This document shows, piece by piece, positions 63,421 through 64,000 of a stretch of DNA of 64,000 nucleotides. The stretch's first letter is position 1; every line of letters starts with the position of its first letter. A model generated the notes under the pieces. It searched no databases, was not told the DNA's origin, and was given only the letters and a program-made list of their open reading frames with translations. Source of the stretch: Felis catus (Eukaryota); the NCBI RefSeq assembly GCF_018350175.1, contig NC_058368.1, positions 35,466,001 to 35,530,000 on the forward strand. Reading direction: 5' to 3'. The position numbers were made by a program, and so were the translations under genes.

Positions 63421-64000
63421 ACCCTCTCCAAAAATGTGAGGAGCAGCCCTTCCTAAATTCTGGTGGTGCGTTAGGGGACTGTTCCAACAGACTCCTGTTT
63501 CCACGCCTCCAAAAGTGTCTAAGGCAGGTCTTAGGCCAAGGGTCTTGTGATGTTCAGTTTGCAAAACTTAACGCAGTGCTTTGATAGGTTTAACTAGATT
63601 ATGTGGGTTTCTTTTTAAAGAAAGGGAATTTCTAATACTAGCCTCTAATTTTTCTTGCTAGCTTTTAATTGCAAATGCACAGTATTTCAGCTACATTTGG
63701 TTCCGATCGATTTTTGTCCACCATCCAAGAAGCCTTACAGCCATTGTTTCTAAGAGAAAATGTATATTGAGTTCCAAAAGCTCAAAAGAAGTCTTGGAAC
63801 AGTGCCCAGGTGGGGCCGGCCACACAGGTAATGGCTGCAATGAGCATGTTACAATTGTCAAACCCTTCAAACACACATAGGGAGAGCATTACAACATTAA
63901 AAGCAGAAGTTGCCTTTTAACTGTGCCTAGTGCAAACTGACGCTGGAGGGCAAAATACTGTTCTCATCAATTTGTCTCCAACAAATAAATCCAGTATCAC

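Overview
Mammalian, AT-rich, repeat-dense DNA from a carnivore, most likely a cat (felid-type SINEC and L1 elements). It is intergenic or deep intronic, and I recognise no host protein-coding gene or RNA gene. The only protein-related sequences are the 3' end of an L1 ORF2 (with an in-frame nonsense codon) and a decayed L3/CR1 ORF2 fragment; the other listed ORFs look like chance ORFs. The window holds 11 SINECs, several L1 3' ends, many ancient MIR/L2/L3 fragments, ERVL/MaLR LTRs, hAT/mariner MITEs and microsatellites. The standout element is a young 548-bp gammaretroviral solo LTR (17365-17912) with a 4-bp TSD, a 4x37-bp U3 array, CCAAT/TATA/polyA signals and a GNRA-capped R hairpin. Repeat-free stretches contain candidate enhancers and a few speculative + strand exons. 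I found no convincing novel biological system. Repeat family names come from my recall of consensus sequences, not from a search, and boundaries of old repeats are approximate.
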